Origin: a virus
Lineage: Duplodnaviria > Heunggongvirae > Uroviricota > Caudoviricetes
Reading direction: 5' to 3' (one strand)
IMG/VR virus record: IMGVR_UViG_3300042401_001499
DNA length: 64,000 bases
The notes under the pieces were generated by a model, which did no database searches, was not told the origin of the DNA, and worked only from the letters and a program-made list of their open reading frames with translations. The translations under genes and the position numbers were made by a program. Below are positions 1 through 9,441 of the stretch, piece after piece (within the stretch, counting starts at the first letter, position 1; each line of letters starts with the position of its first letter).

Positions 1-34
1 AAGTAGTTCACTAATATATGATAACGGTACAGCT

Positions 35-2890
35 GTGATGGTAGGAACTACAACACCAGCAGCAAGACTTACAGTTACAAGTGCAGGAACAGGTACAGGA
101 ATAAACGGTACAGCAATATACGCCTATTCAAACGGAGGTCCAACAATAGACGCTGGAGCTGCCAACTCAAGTTCAATAGTTGCAACAAATAATTCGGTAA
201 ATAGTTCAACTTTAGTAGCACAAAATATAGGATCAGGTCCGATTTTCTCTCTAAAGAATAATACTGATGCAGTTGTTGTCCACGTACTAAATAATGGTAA
301 CGTAGGTATTGGAACAACAACTCCAACCTTAGGGAAATTACAAGTAAGTGGAAACGTACATGCAACTTCATTTACAGGTTCTTTATTTGGAACTTCATCA
401 TGGGCAGTAAGTGCATCTGTATCTGTAAATTCAAAAATAACTGATAACCCTTCTTTTAGTAGTACCTATTACCCGGTTTTTGTACAAGCGGCTGGGAATA
501 CTAATCTTCAAATTGATACTTCAACTTTTACATACAACCCATCAACAAACCTACTAACAACTACTGCCTCATTTGCATTAACATCTTCATTCTTAAACGG
601 AGGTACAAATGCATTTGTACAAAATGGAAACAGTTTTGGTACAATAGCAACACTAGGAACCAATGATAATCAATCATTACAGTTTGAAACAAACAATTCT
701 ACTAAAATGTTTATTTCTTCTAGTGGTAACGTAGGTATTGGAACAACAAGTCCATCAGAAAGATTAACTGTTTCAGGAAGTGTTAACATAAACTCAGAAG
801 GGTCATATATGGGTGTTGATGCCCAAGCAACACCTAGATTAGGATTTGTTAAACTCTCTGGAGCTCAACCCTTCTTAGCATTTGCTCAGAGTTCTTTTGA
901 TTTAAGAGTTTCAAGCGGTACTACTATATCAACAAGTAATACATTCTCTCCGGTTTTAACAGTAAAAACTACAGGTGAAGTAGGAATAGGAACTACACTT
1001 CCTGATAGTAAATTAACAGTAGGTTTAAGAGCATCTACTGATGGAAATATTAGACTAAGTGCTGCAGGAACTGGTATTGATGCCGGTGCTTCACTATTGT
1101 GGGATATGAATGTTGGAGGAGGAAATGCAATTTCACATTTAGCTGAAATAAGACCTGAATCATATGCAACTGGTGCAAATAAAAACATATTGAATTTCTA
1201 CGTAGGTGCTTGGAATAATAATGCCGATTCTGGAACTACAAAAATGACTATTACTCAAGATGGTACTGTAGGTATAGGAACAATAAATCCTTTAAAAAGA
1301 TTAGACGTAGTTTCTTCAACGAACGATAGTTTTGATGCTATTGTATTAAGACCTTTAAATCAAACTCAAACACTAAGTTTAGGTTGGGAAGGTATTGAAG
1401 CTTCTTACAATTTTATTGTAAAAGCAGGAGGTTCTGAAAGAATGAGGATTGATATTGGGGGTAACGTAGGAATAGGAACAACAACTCCAACATCAAAACT
1501 ACATGTAGTTGGAGATATATTAGGTTCTACAAAATTAACTATAGGTTCTGGACATACCAATACCGGAGCATCATCAACAATAGCAGGAGGAGTATCTAAC
1601 ATAGCATCAGGAAATTGCTCTTTTGTAGGAGGTGGTCAAAGTAACCAAGCATCAGCAAGTTACTCAACAGTAGGAGGTGGTGTCATTAATAAAGCATCAG
1701 GAAGTTACTCAACAGTAGGAGGTGGTGAAAATAACTACGCAACAGGTACATACTCAACAATAGCAGGTGGTCAAAATAACCAAGCAACAAATCAATACTC
1801 AACAGTAGCAGGTGGATATGATAATCAATTAACAGGTTATCTCTCAACAATAGGAGGTGGTTATAATAACAGAGCAACAAACCAATCAGCAACAATAGCA
1901 GGTGGTCAATCAAATTCAGCAACAGGATTACTTTCAACAGTAGGAGGTGGATTTCTTAATAAATCAACAGGTGAATACTCAACAATAGCAGGTGGTAATG
2001 AAAACCAAGCAACAGGAAGCTACCCAACAGTAGGAGGTGGATGTAAAAATCTAGCTTCAGGAATATTTTCTTCTATTTTAGGTGGAGTTTTAAACCAAGC
2101 ATCAGGTCAATACTCAACAGTAGGAGGTGGTGTCATTAATAAAGCATCAGGAAGTTACTCAACAGTAGGAGGTGGTGTCAGTAACCAAGCAACAGGTTAT
2201 ATATCAACAATAGCAGGTGGTAATGCTAACTGTGCAATAGGTTATATATCAACAATAGCAGGTGGTAATAGTAACCAAGCATCAGGAAGTTACTCAATAG
2301 TAGGAGGTGGTGTTTCCAACCAAGCAAAAGGAGAATGTAGTTTTATAGGAGGTGGTGGAAGTAACATAGCGTCAGGAAGTTTATCTGGTATTTTAGGTGG
2401 ACTAAGTAACACTGTTACTCATGCCTGTTCCTTTGCTATAGGATCTAGCTTAACATCAACTAGTGGATCTACTACTTATATGAACAATGCTACAGTAGCA
2501 TGCCATTTACAAGTTGGTGGAACTACTACTATGAATACTACAACTGGTAGAATTGATGCTAGTAATGATGTTGTAGCATTTGCAACTTCTGATTATAGAT
2601 TAAAAGAAAATATTCAACCTATTAAAAATGCTTTATGTAAATTAATAGGAGTTAGTGGTAACACATTTGATTGGAAACCTTTAACCCAAGAAGAAATTCA
2701 AACTATACATGGAAATAAAGGTAGAGATGTAGGTGTTATAGCCCAAGAAATAGAAGCAATATTACCAGAAGCAGTAACTACTAGAGATAATGGATATAAG
2801 GCTGTTAATTATGAAAAAATTATCCCTCTATTAATTGAAGCAATTAAAGATCAGCAAAAACAAATTGATGAACTTAAATCTAAATTATAA
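35..2890 (+). CDS. Long tail fibre with GNVGIGTT repeats, 14-aa beta-helix repeats and C-terminal peptidase S74 intramolecular chaperone (may begin upstream of window)
   Basis: Repeated GNVGIGTTxP motifs; about 20 STxxGGxxNxAxGxY repeats; C-terminal SDYRLKENI...DVGVIAQEIEAILPEAV...AVNYEKIIPLLIEAIKDQQKQIDELK is the S74 signature. Confidence 0.9.
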   Translation: MMVGTTTPAARLTVTSAGTGTGINGTAIYAYSNGGPTIDAGAANSSSIVATNNSVNSSTLVAQNIGSGPIFSLKNNTDAVVVHVLNNGNVGIGTTTPTLGKLQVSGNVHATSFTGSLFGTSSWAVSASVSVNSKITDNPSFSSTYYPVFVQAAGNTNLQIDTSTFTYNPSTNLLTTTASFALTSSFLNGGTNAFVQNGNSFGTIATLGTNDNQSLQFETNNSTKMFISSSGNVGIGTTSPSERLTVSGSVNINSEGSYMGVDAQATPRLGFVKLSGAQPFLAFAQSSFDLRVSSGTTISTSNTFSPVLTVKTTGEVGIGTTLPDSKLTVGLRASTDGNIRLSAAGTGIDAGASLLWDMNVGGGNAISHLAEIRPESYATGANKNILNFYVGAWNNNADSGTTKMTITQDGTVGIGTINPLKRLDVVSSTNDSFDAIVLRPLNQTQTLSLGWEGIEASYNFIVKAGGSERMRIDIGGNVGIGTTTPTSKLHVVGDILGSTKLTIGSGHTNTGASSTIAGGVSNIASGNCSFVGGGQSNQASASYSTVGGGVINKASGSYSTVGGGENNYATGTYSTIAGGQNNQATNQYSTVAGGYDNQLTGYLSTIGGGYNNRATNQSATIAGGQSNSATGLLSTVGGGFLNKSTGEYSTIAGGNENQATGSYPTVGGGCKNLASGIFSSILGGVLNQASGQYSTVGGGVINKASGSYSTVGGGVSNQATGYISTIAGGNANCAIGYISTIAGGNSNQASGSYSIVGGGVSNQAKGECSFIGGGGSNIASGSLSGILGGLSNTVTHACSFAIGSSLTSTSGSTTYMNNATVACHLQVGGTTTMNTTTGRIDASNDVVAFATSDYRLKENIQPIKNALCKLIGVSGNTFDWKPLTQEEIQTIHGNKGRDVGVIAQEIEAILPEAVTTRDNGYKAVNYEKIIPLLIEAIKDQQKQIDELKSKL
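1560..2420 (+). repeat. Coding tandem repeat, ~42-nt unit, within tail fibre; includes a perfect 67-bp direct repeat (1661-1727 and 2111-2177)
   Basis: tactcaacagtaggaggtggtgtcattaataaagcatcaggaagttactcaacagtaggaggtggtg occurs twice; tcaacartagsaggtggt recurs throughout. Confidence 0.9.
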
Positions 2891-3309
2891 TGGCTTTACC
2901 AAGTAGTGGTCCAATAAGCTCCAGCATGATTCAAACAGAGTTTGGAGGTTCAAATCCTATAGCTATATCAGAATACTATAAAGGTGGAGCAAATGTACCT
3001 AATACAGGTACAAATGTTAATATACCAACAAGTGGGCAAATAAAATTTAGTGATTTTTATAACGGAAGTGATTTAGAGTCATATGAATATTTATTAGGAT
3101 TTGGTGAGAATGCCGAAGATGCTTGTTTTTTTGCATCAGACAACTTTTATTATCAAGCTGTAGATGAATTTAATTTTAGTCAAAACCTATATTCAAATGC
3201 AGGTTTAACTACTTTTGCGAATGCTAATTGGTACAGTAATGGGTTTGCTAGTAGACAATGGTCAGGAACTGCATGGTTAGGAGGAGGAGCTGAATTATGT
3301 CCTTTATAA
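2890..3309 (+). CDS. Small tail-fibre-associated protein
   Basis: N-terminal MALPSSGPISSSMIQTEFGG...ISEYY...GQIKFSDFY motif typical of proteins next to phage tail fibres; overlaps fibre stop (TAATG). Confidence 0.6.
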   Translation: MALPSSGPISSSMIQTEFGGSNPIAISEYYKGGANVPNTGTNVNIPTSGQIKFSDFYNGSDLESYEYLLGFGENAEDACFFASDNFYYQAVDEFNFSQNLYSNAGLTTFANANWYSNGFASRQWSGTAWLGGGAELCPL

Positions 3310-3407
3310 AACATAGAACATCTTAAACAAATAAAAAACTTATTAAAAGTAAGTTGGAAATGTAAAAAATAATTCGTACATTAAATTAATTAATAAATCA
3401 TTACAAT

Positions 3408-3728
3408 ATGGAAATTACATGGAACATAACGGATATGAAAAGAGACATATCGGGAGTTGTAAAAATTATTTACTATTCTATAACAGTAAAAGATACAGAC
3501 TCTAACTACGAGGATGTGTATAGTTATACCTTAAATGTGGAAAGGAAACCAGATTCTCCTGAAATAATTAACTACCAAGATTTAACACAAGAAGAAGTAC
3601 TTACTTGGGTTAAGAATAAATTAGGTCAAGAAAGAGTAACAAAAATAGAAAATAGGTTGACAAATAAAGTTATTAATTTCAAAATACAGAACAATAACTT
3701 AAATTTAGAAACAGGGCTTCCATGGTAG
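3408..3728 (+). CDS. Putative tail fibre assembly chaperone (paralog of 9002-9394)
   Basis: ITWNI...YQDLTQEEVLTWV...LPW pattern; position after fibre genes. Confidence 0.55.
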   Translation: MEITWNITDMKRDISGVVKIIYYSITVKDTDSNYEDVYSYTLNVERKPDSPEIINYQDLTQEEVLTWVKNKLGQERVTKIENRLTNKVINFKIQNNNLNLETGLPW

Positions 3729-4543
3729 AAAATAAAGAAGAAATTAATACTTCTTTACCTAACTTTTTAGTATTAGGGGGTATGAAATGTGGGAGTACTG
3801 CTTTACATCATAATCTAAACCAACACCATCAAGTCTACTGCCCAGATGAAGAAACTAAACAAAGAGTTATTAACGATAGTGAATTTAGTATAAGTGATTT
3901 TAAAGGAGGATTAAGTAGACCTGACAATAAAGAAATTGATTTTTTTAATGTAAATTATGAAAAAGGAATCAAATTTTATGAAAAACTTTTCGATGTAGAT
4001 AAACCATTTAGAGGTGAAGTTAGTCCTAACTATTTTTACAACCCAGAAGGATTAGCTTCTAGAATAAAATTTTCTTTAGGTAATATTAAATTAATTATTT
4101 CTCTAAGAGATCCCTTAAAACGAGCCTATAGTCATTGGAATCACATCCAAAACCAAAATCCTTTTTGGGGTGAAAAATACTATAATATATCATTTGAAGA
4201 TGCACTAAAAGTAAATGATGAAGAAAATAAGTTGATTAAAAGAAGTACTTATTTTCATAGAATAAAAAAATGGGAAGAATATTTTACACCTAATAATATT
4301 TACGTATTATTACAAGAATCAATGTTGGCTAATCCATTGGAGGAACACAATAAGATTATGGAATTTTTAGGAGGTGAACCATTTTCCAATGATGTTACTT
4401 TTGGAATTCATCATAAAAGAATATATAGTGAGGAATTTAATAATTCATATTATGATAATTTTTCAAATATTTTTAAGAATGATGTTAATTCATTAAAAAA
4501 TGAGTATCCTAATTTAGATTGGAACTTATGGGGTAATTACTAA
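3722..4543 (+). CDS. Sulfotransferase (heparan-sulfate 3-O/N-sulfotransferase-like fold)
   Basis: 5'-PSB loop PNFLVLGGMKCGSTAL; KEIDFF; GEVSPNY; 3'-PB motif LRDPLKRAYSHW. Confidence 0.9.
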   Translation: MVENKEEINTSLPNFLVLGGMKCGSTALHHNLNQHHQVYCPDEETKQRVINDSEFSISDFKGGLSRPDNKEIDFFNVNYEKGIKFYEKLFDVDKPFRGEVSPNYFYNPEGLASRIKFSLGNIKLIISLRDPLKRAYSHWNHIQNQNPFWGEKYYNISFEDALKVNDEENKLIKRSTYFHRIKKWEEYFTPNNIYVLLQESMLANPLEEHNKIMEFLGGEPFSNDVTFGIHHKRIYSEEFNNSYYDNFSNIFKNDVNSLKNEYPNLDWNLWGNY

Positions 4544-4552
4544 AAACTTAAT

Positions 4553-5170
4553 ATGGTTATATCAACTGAACACAAATGCATTTTTATTCATATAAATAAA
4601 ACAGGAGGAAGAAGTATATCAACCTCCTTATTTCAAAGAGTAAAATCCCACCTTACAGTAAGAGAATTATTTGAATTAGGATATAATAGTAAAATACATC
4701 CTAACGAACGACTTCAAATTGCCCAATATGATCCTGAAACTATTTTAATAAAAAATAATTGGGAGAATTATTTTAAATTTTGTTTTGTAAGAAATCCTTG
4801 GGATAGAAAATTATCTGATTACTTTTTTAATATAAAAAAAAACAGAACTGATATCCCCAATACCAGCTTTACTCAGTATATTAAAGAAAACCACAAAAAT
4901 ACTGATCTTTGGGACTTACCAGGATTAGAGTGGATTGAATATAAAGATGGAAATATAGATCCTTCTATTTTTATAGGTAGATTTGAAAATCTTCAAGAAG
5001 ATTTTAATATAGTATGTGATAATATTAACCTACCAAGAAGAACACTCCCAGTTTTAAATAAAACAGAACATTTACCTTATTGGAAATACTATACTGAAGA
5101 AACTAAAGCCTTAGTAGAAGAAAAGTATAAAAAAGATATAGATTATTTTGGTTATGAATTTGGAAAATAA
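4553..5170 (+). CDS. Sulfotransferase family 2 protein
   Basis: FIHINKTGGRS; FCFVRNPWDRKLSDY; FIGRFENLQEDF; DIDYFGYEF. Confidence 0.9.
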   Translation: MVISTEHKCIFIHINKTGGRSISTSLFQRVKSHLTVRELFELGYNSKIHPNERLQIAQYDPETILIKNNWENYFKFCFVRNPWDRKLSDYFFNIKKNRTDIPNTSFTQYIKENHKNTDLWDLPGLEWIEYKDGNIDPSIFIGRFENLQEDFNIVCDNINLPRRTLPVLNKTEHLPYWKYYTEETKALVEEKYKKDIDYFGYEFGK

Positions 5171-6407
5171 ATACACTTTAGGAATATTAACTGTACTTAT
5201 AGGTAGAGAAAATTGTATTGATCCTTTATTTGATTATTTTAAAGAAGTTATAATACCTCATCAATTTGATACCCCAACATTATATTTTGTAAAAGGTTTT
5301 AATAAAGACTTTGAGTCCTTGTTTAAAGAAAAAATTGAACAGTATGGACTAAGACAAAAGTATAAGGATATTGTGGTAGTAGAAGGAGTACCTAAAGTAC
5401 GAAATGAAAGTACCTGGGAACAGTGGGAAAGCTTAACTAGAATTGAAAATTCTACTGACAAACATAAATCAACAGCAGAAAACCTACACAGAGGCATATC
5501 AGAAGTAGTTAATAACAATAAATACATACACATAGTTGATGATGACACAATACCGCCAAATTTTAGTATAACTAAGATGAGTCAACTACTATTAAACAAT
5601 CCCGAAGTAGGAATGGTATCTGGATTATATTTTTGTAAAGGGTGGACTCCTCCTTCTTTAATAAAAGGAAAACAAGAGCTTAAAAGAAAATTAGTAGTTA
5701 GTAAATCAGCAGAGAAATGGCAAAGTTGTACTTTAGATGATTTAGTTGATATTGATTGCAACAATAATGAGGTAGGATTTGTTGGAAATGGCTGTATACT
5801 TCTACCAACTGAATACCTAAAAAACATACTTCCATTAAATGATGTTGAAGAAGAATTCAACAAAAAAGGACCAGACTGGTATATAAGTTATAAAATGAGA
5901 GAACAGGGTAAAACAATCAAACTAATCCCATCAGTTCTATGTAGACATTTAGATGAAAATGGTAATGAAGTAGGTGTACATTCATCTCATTTTGATAAAG
6001 TTAAAGAGTCTACAAAGGAAGAAGACAAGTATTTAGTTTCGATTTTTTCTTCTCAAATAAATTATATTTCTTTACTTGAGAAATTTGATTATATTAAGAT
6101 TATAGTTTTTGATGAAGCAAAAGTTTTATTTTATAAAAAATATTTAAAACAAAATAGACATTTACTAAAAGAGGATAGAATTGAAATTATACAAAGTAGT
6201 GTAAATTCCTATAGAGAAGAATACAAAAATTTTCATGCTTATTTAGAAAAGGTACAATTTCATATACTACATGAATGTTGCCTAGAATTAATGAATACTA
6301 AGGCTAGTTATAATATAACAATACAACCCAGCTGGGATAGAACCATTACTCTTGCTACTCATTATTCCCTTAGTAGTAATAATTTAAAATCATTTATAAC
6401 AAATTAA
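5148..6407 (+). CDS. Glycosyltransferase, GT-A fold (GT2-like)
   Basis: YIHIVDDDTIPP DxD motif; VGMVSGLY; VGFVGNGCILL; GPDW; VLCRHL. Confidence 0.7.
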   Translation: MVMNLENKYTLGILTVLIGRENCIDPLFDYFKEVIIPHQFDTPTLYFVKGFNKDFESLFKEKIEQYGLRQKYKDIVVVEGVPKVRNESTWEQWESLTRIENSTDKHKSTAENLHRGISEVVNNNKYIHIVDDDTIPPNFSITKMSQLLLNNPEVGMVSGLYFCKGWTPPSLIKGKQELKRKLVVSKSAEKWQSCTLDDLVDIDCNNNEVGFVGNGCILLPTEYLKNILPLNDVEEEFNKKGPDWYISYKMREQGKTIKLIPSVLCRHLDENGNEVGVHSSHFDKVKESTKEEDKYLVSIFSSQINYISLLEKFDYIKIIVFDEAKVLFYKKYLKQNRHLLKEDRIEIIQSSVNSYREEYKNFHAYLEKVQFHILHECCLELMNTKASYNITIQPSWDRTITLATHYSLSSNNLKSFITN

Positions 6408-6409
6408 AT

Positions 6410-6673
6410 ATGACACAACAAGCAGTACAATTAACCGAAGAAGAATATTTTGATTTTACTACTCTAGACAGCAATTGGAATGAGATAGTATATCAGATGG
6501 GTTTACTAAAAATAGAAGAATTAAATCTCCAACAAAGAGAGTATATTCTAGAAATGAAAAAAAATGACTTAACAAATCAGAGACAAAAACTATTGGAAAC
6601 AATATCTATTAAGCACGGTCAGGGTACAATCAACCTAGAAGAAAAATGTTTTATTCCATACTTGGAAAACTAA
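6410..6673 (+). CDS. Small coiled-coil protein (paralog of 9442-9714)
   Basis: QLTEEE...GLLKIEELNL...HGQGTINLE motif. Confidence 0.6.
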   Translation: MTQQAVQLTEEEYFDFTTLDSNWNEIVYQMGLLKIEELNLQQREYILEMKKNDLTNQRQKLLETISIKHGQGTINLEEKCFIPYLEN

Positions 6674-6696
6674 AAACAATTTAGATACAGTTATAG

Positions 6697-7572
6697 ATGA
6701 ATATATTATTCCAAATAGACGGAGGTCTAGGAAAAAACATTATGGCTACAGCCATGACTAAGGTTATAAGAAAACATCACAAAGATGCCCATATTGTAGT
6801 TGTTACGGGATATCCTGATGTATTTCTAAATGACCCCAACTTAAATGAATGTTTTCAAATAGACCAAATGAGAGGAGCGTACTTAAAGTACATTAAGAAC
6901 CAAGATTGTAAAATCTTTGTACAAGATCCATACCACCATACTTCTTTCATAACTGAAAAAGAATATCTACTTACTACCTGGTGTAAACTTTATGATTTAC
7001 AGTACGATAATGAACAACCAGAATTATACATAACTCAACCTGAAATAGAGTATTACAAACCTTTCTATGATGTGGAAAAGCCTATAATGGTACTCCAATC
7101 AAATGGAGGACCGCAAGAACAAGGATTCAAATACGCATGGACAAGAGATATACCAGAATCTATTGTTAATAAAGTAATACAACACTATAAGAAGGATTAT
7201 ACAATAGTTCACATTAAGAGAGAGGATCAATACACTTATCCTGATACTCTACAAGCATTAGATGGATTTAGAAGTATAGCTATTTTATTACAATTATCTA
7301 AAAAACGTTTATTAATAGATTCATTTGGTCAACACCTAGCCGCCGCTATGGGAGTAAAATCTACTGTATGTTGGTCCACTACAAATCCTAAGATATTTGG
7401 ATATGAACTACACGATAACGTTTTAGCTAACCCTTTCACAAAACCCCCACAACTACAAAACTCAATATACCAACCCTTCAACCTATCTCAGGATATATCA
7501 TCTATTCCTTATAATAGTACAAGTGAGGTATTTGATATAAATAAAATTATAGAATCAATTGATAAACAATAA
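6697..7572 (+). CDS. Glycosyltransferase, GT-B fold (GT9/heptosyltransferase-like)
   Basis: GGLGKNIMATAM start; LLIDSFGQHLAAAMGVKSTVCW is GT9-like. Confidence 0.7.
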   Translation: MNILFQIDGGLGKNIMATAMTKVIRKHHKDAHIVVVTGYPDVFLNDPNLNECFQIDQMRGAYLKYIKNQDCKIFVQDPYHHTSFITEKEYLLTTWCKLYDLQYDNEQPELYITQPEIEYYKPFYDVEKPIMVLQSNGGPQEQGFKYAWTRDIPESIVNKVIQHYKKDYTIVHIKREDQYTYPDTLQALDGFRSIAILLQLSKKRLLIDSFGQHLAAAMGVKSTVCWSTTNPKIFGYELHDNVLANPFTKPPQLQNSIYQPFNLSQDISSIPYNSTSEVFDINKIIESIDKQ

Positions 7573-7584
7573 TAAAATATAACT

Positions 7585-8016
7585 ATGATATACTGGTTTA
7601 CAGGACAGCCATCACATGGTAAGACCATTTTAGCAGATTTGTTAAAAGAAACTCTACTTCCTAACGCATATAGAGTAGATGGAGATGATTTAAGAGATTT
7701 ATTTACTAATAAGGATTTTTCAATTAAAGGAAGAATCATGAATGTTGATGCTGCACAGAAGATATCACATTATCTACATAACCAAGGACATGACGTTATA
7801 GTATCGCTAGTATCTCCGTATATTGATCAGAGAGAAGAATTCAAACAACTATTAGGAAATACTATTGTAGAAATTTACATACACACATCAGAACCTAGAG
7901 AAAGAGATAATTTTGCAGTAAAAGGGTATCAAGCACCTTTAGAAAATTTTATAGATATTGATACAACAGAAGATGCTCCTGAACAATCAGTATCAAAAAT
8001 AATAAATCAAATTTAA
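7585..8016 (+). CDS. cysC: Adenylylsulfate (APS) kinase
   Basis: YWFTGQPSHGKT P-loop; VDGDDLR; IVSLVSPY; YQAPLENFIDIDT. Confidence 0.85.
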   Translation: MIYWFTGQPSHGKTILADLLKETLLPNAYRVDGDDLRDLFTNKDFSIKGRIMNVDAAQKISHYLHNQGHDVIVSLVSPYIDQREEFKQLLGNTIVEIYIHTSEPRERDNFAVKGYQAPLENFIDIDTTEDAPEQSVSKIINQI

Positions 8017-8354
8017 TGGAAAAAAATAATACCTACTTTGTAGACATAGACGGAACCATTTTTATATACCGCAAATTTGAAACATATAAAACTAGTAAGG
8101 TCCAAGTCATTGATTCTACAAAACAATATCTTCAAGAAAAGCATCAACAAGGACATTGTATTGTTTTAACAACAGCAAGACCTGAGTATTTAAGAGAACA
8201 TACTATACAAGAATTAAAAGAAAATGATATACCATTCAATCAACTTGTAATGGGGATTGAAAGAGGACCTAGATATTTACTTAATGATATGGATCCAAAC
8301 AACCCAGGAGAACGAGCAATAGCAATTAACTTAGAAAGAAATAAAGGAATATGA
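8016..8354 (+). CDS. HAD-superfamily phosphatase
   Basis: FVDIDGTI motif I; VLTTAR motif II; LLNDM motif IV. Confidence 0.8.
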   Translation: MEKNNTYFVDIDGTIFIYRKFETYKTSKVQVIDSTKQYLQEKHQQGHCIVLTTARPEYLREHTIQELKENDIPFNQLVMGIERGPRYLLNDMDPNNPGERAIAINLERNKGI

Positions 8355-8749
8355 AAAAGTATTTAGCACAAGCCGCATTTCAATCATCGTATAATGATAT
8401 AAAATACTCAATGTACATAGGACGCTGGCAACCATGGCATTCAGGGCATCGATGGTTAATCGACCAAAGACTAGAGGAAGGTAAAAATGTTTTAATCTGT
8501 ATTAGAGATATTGAACCTGATGAGAAAAATCCTTGGACAGCCCAAGAAGTAGTTTTAAATCTAAATGAAGAATTAAAAGATTTAATACAAGAGGGGAAAG
8601 TAAAGATTATTGTAATACCTGATATTGAATCTGTAAACATTGGAAGAGGAATAGGGTACGACGTAATAGAACATATACCACCAGATGCTATTAGAGAAGT
8701 ATCTGCTACCAAAATCAGAAAACAAATGAAAGAAGATGGTAGATTATAA
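8351..8749 (+). CDS. HIGH-family nucleotidyltransferase (cytidylyltransferase-like)
   Basis: MYIGRWQPWHSGH (HxGH) and VSATKIR (KMSKS-equivalent). Confidence 0.8.
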   Translation: MKKYLAQAAFQSSYNDIKYSMYIGRWQPWHSGHRWLIDQRLEEGKNVLICIRDIEPDEKNPWTAQEVVLNLNEELKDLIQEGKVKIIVIPDIESVNIGRGIGYDVIEHIPPDAIREVSATKIRKQMKEDGRL

Positions 8750-8942
8750 GAGACATTTACTTAAAACTATTACCTACAGAATATTAGGAACATTAACAAC
8801 TATAATAGCTGCATACTGTATAGGAGGTTCTCTTAAAGTTGCTTCTTTATTAGGATTAGGGGAATTGATAATAAAACCAGTAATATACTTTCTACATGAA
8901 AGAGTATGGTATGGGTATATTAAATTCGGATTAAAAAAATAA
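8736..8942 (+). CDS. DUF2061-like small membrane protein
   Basis: RHLLKTITYRILGT...IYFLHERVW. Confidence 0.75.
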   Translation: MVDYKRHLLKTITYRILGTLTTIIAAYCIGGSLKVASLLGLGELIIKPVIYFLHERVWYGYIKFGLKK

Positions 8943-8965
8943 AATAAAATAAAATAAAATAAAAT
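8936..8965. repeat. (AAAAT)x6 microsatellite
   Basis: Six exact AAAAT units between DUF2061 stop and next gene. Confidence 0.9.
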
Positions 8966-8977
8966 AAAAAATACACA

Positions 8978-8984
8978 TATTTAT
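8978..8984 (+). promoter_or_regulatory. Candidate late-promoter motif TATTTAT (representative)
   Basis: Found shortly upstream of starts at 8978, 9822, 12000, 12588, 13639, 16367, 23396, 28255, 31463, 32484, 40986, 56619; motif is also common by chance in AT-rich DNA. Confidence 0.5.
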
Positions 8985-9001
8985 AAATAAAAACAAATAC
9001 A

Positions 9002-9394
9002 ATGACAACATTTAATTGGACAATCTCAGCTACAGAAAGAGCTGTAAGTTTAGACGGATTACCGGACGTAATCCAAGTGGTACACTGGAGATACAGAGGT
9101 ACAGATGAAAACGGTGTAACAGCTGAAACATATAGTGCAACAGCAGTAGGTGCTCCAAACCCACAAGACTTTACTCCATATGATGGAATAACAGCAGCAG
9201 ATGTAGAGGGATGGTTAGAAAATCTTCTAGATGTAACTACTATGCAAACAAGTTTAGAAGCACAAATAGCTTCACTTATCAACCCAACAACTATAACAGG
9301 ACCACTTTACAGTGCTCCAGTAACAGGTTCAGTAGAGGTAATATTATTAGCAGAGGTAACAGGATCAGCAGATGTAACAGGATCAGTTGCATAA
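9002..9394 (+). CDS. Putative tail fibre assembly chaperone (paralog of 3408-3728)
   Basis: FNWTI...VHWRY...FTPYDGITAADVEGWL. Confidence 0.6.
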   Translation: MTTFNWTISATERAVSLDGLPDVIQVVHWRYRGTDENGVTAETYSATAVGAPNPQDFTPYDGITAADVEGWLENLLDVTTMQTSLEAQIASLINPTTITGPLYSAPVTGSVEVILLAEVTGSADVTGSVA

Positions 9395-9441
9395 TTAAAA
9401 ATAAGTTCATATATTACTAAATAAACACAAAATCGTTACAA

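Noticed and set aside
1661-2177. Diversity-generating retroelement TR/VR pair
   Set aside because: The two copies are identical with no adenine-specific mismatches, and no reverse transcriptase is present in the window
1560-2420. CRISPR-like periodic repeats
   Set aside because: Units are in-frame codons of the tail-fibre repeat with no unique spacers; no cas genes in the window
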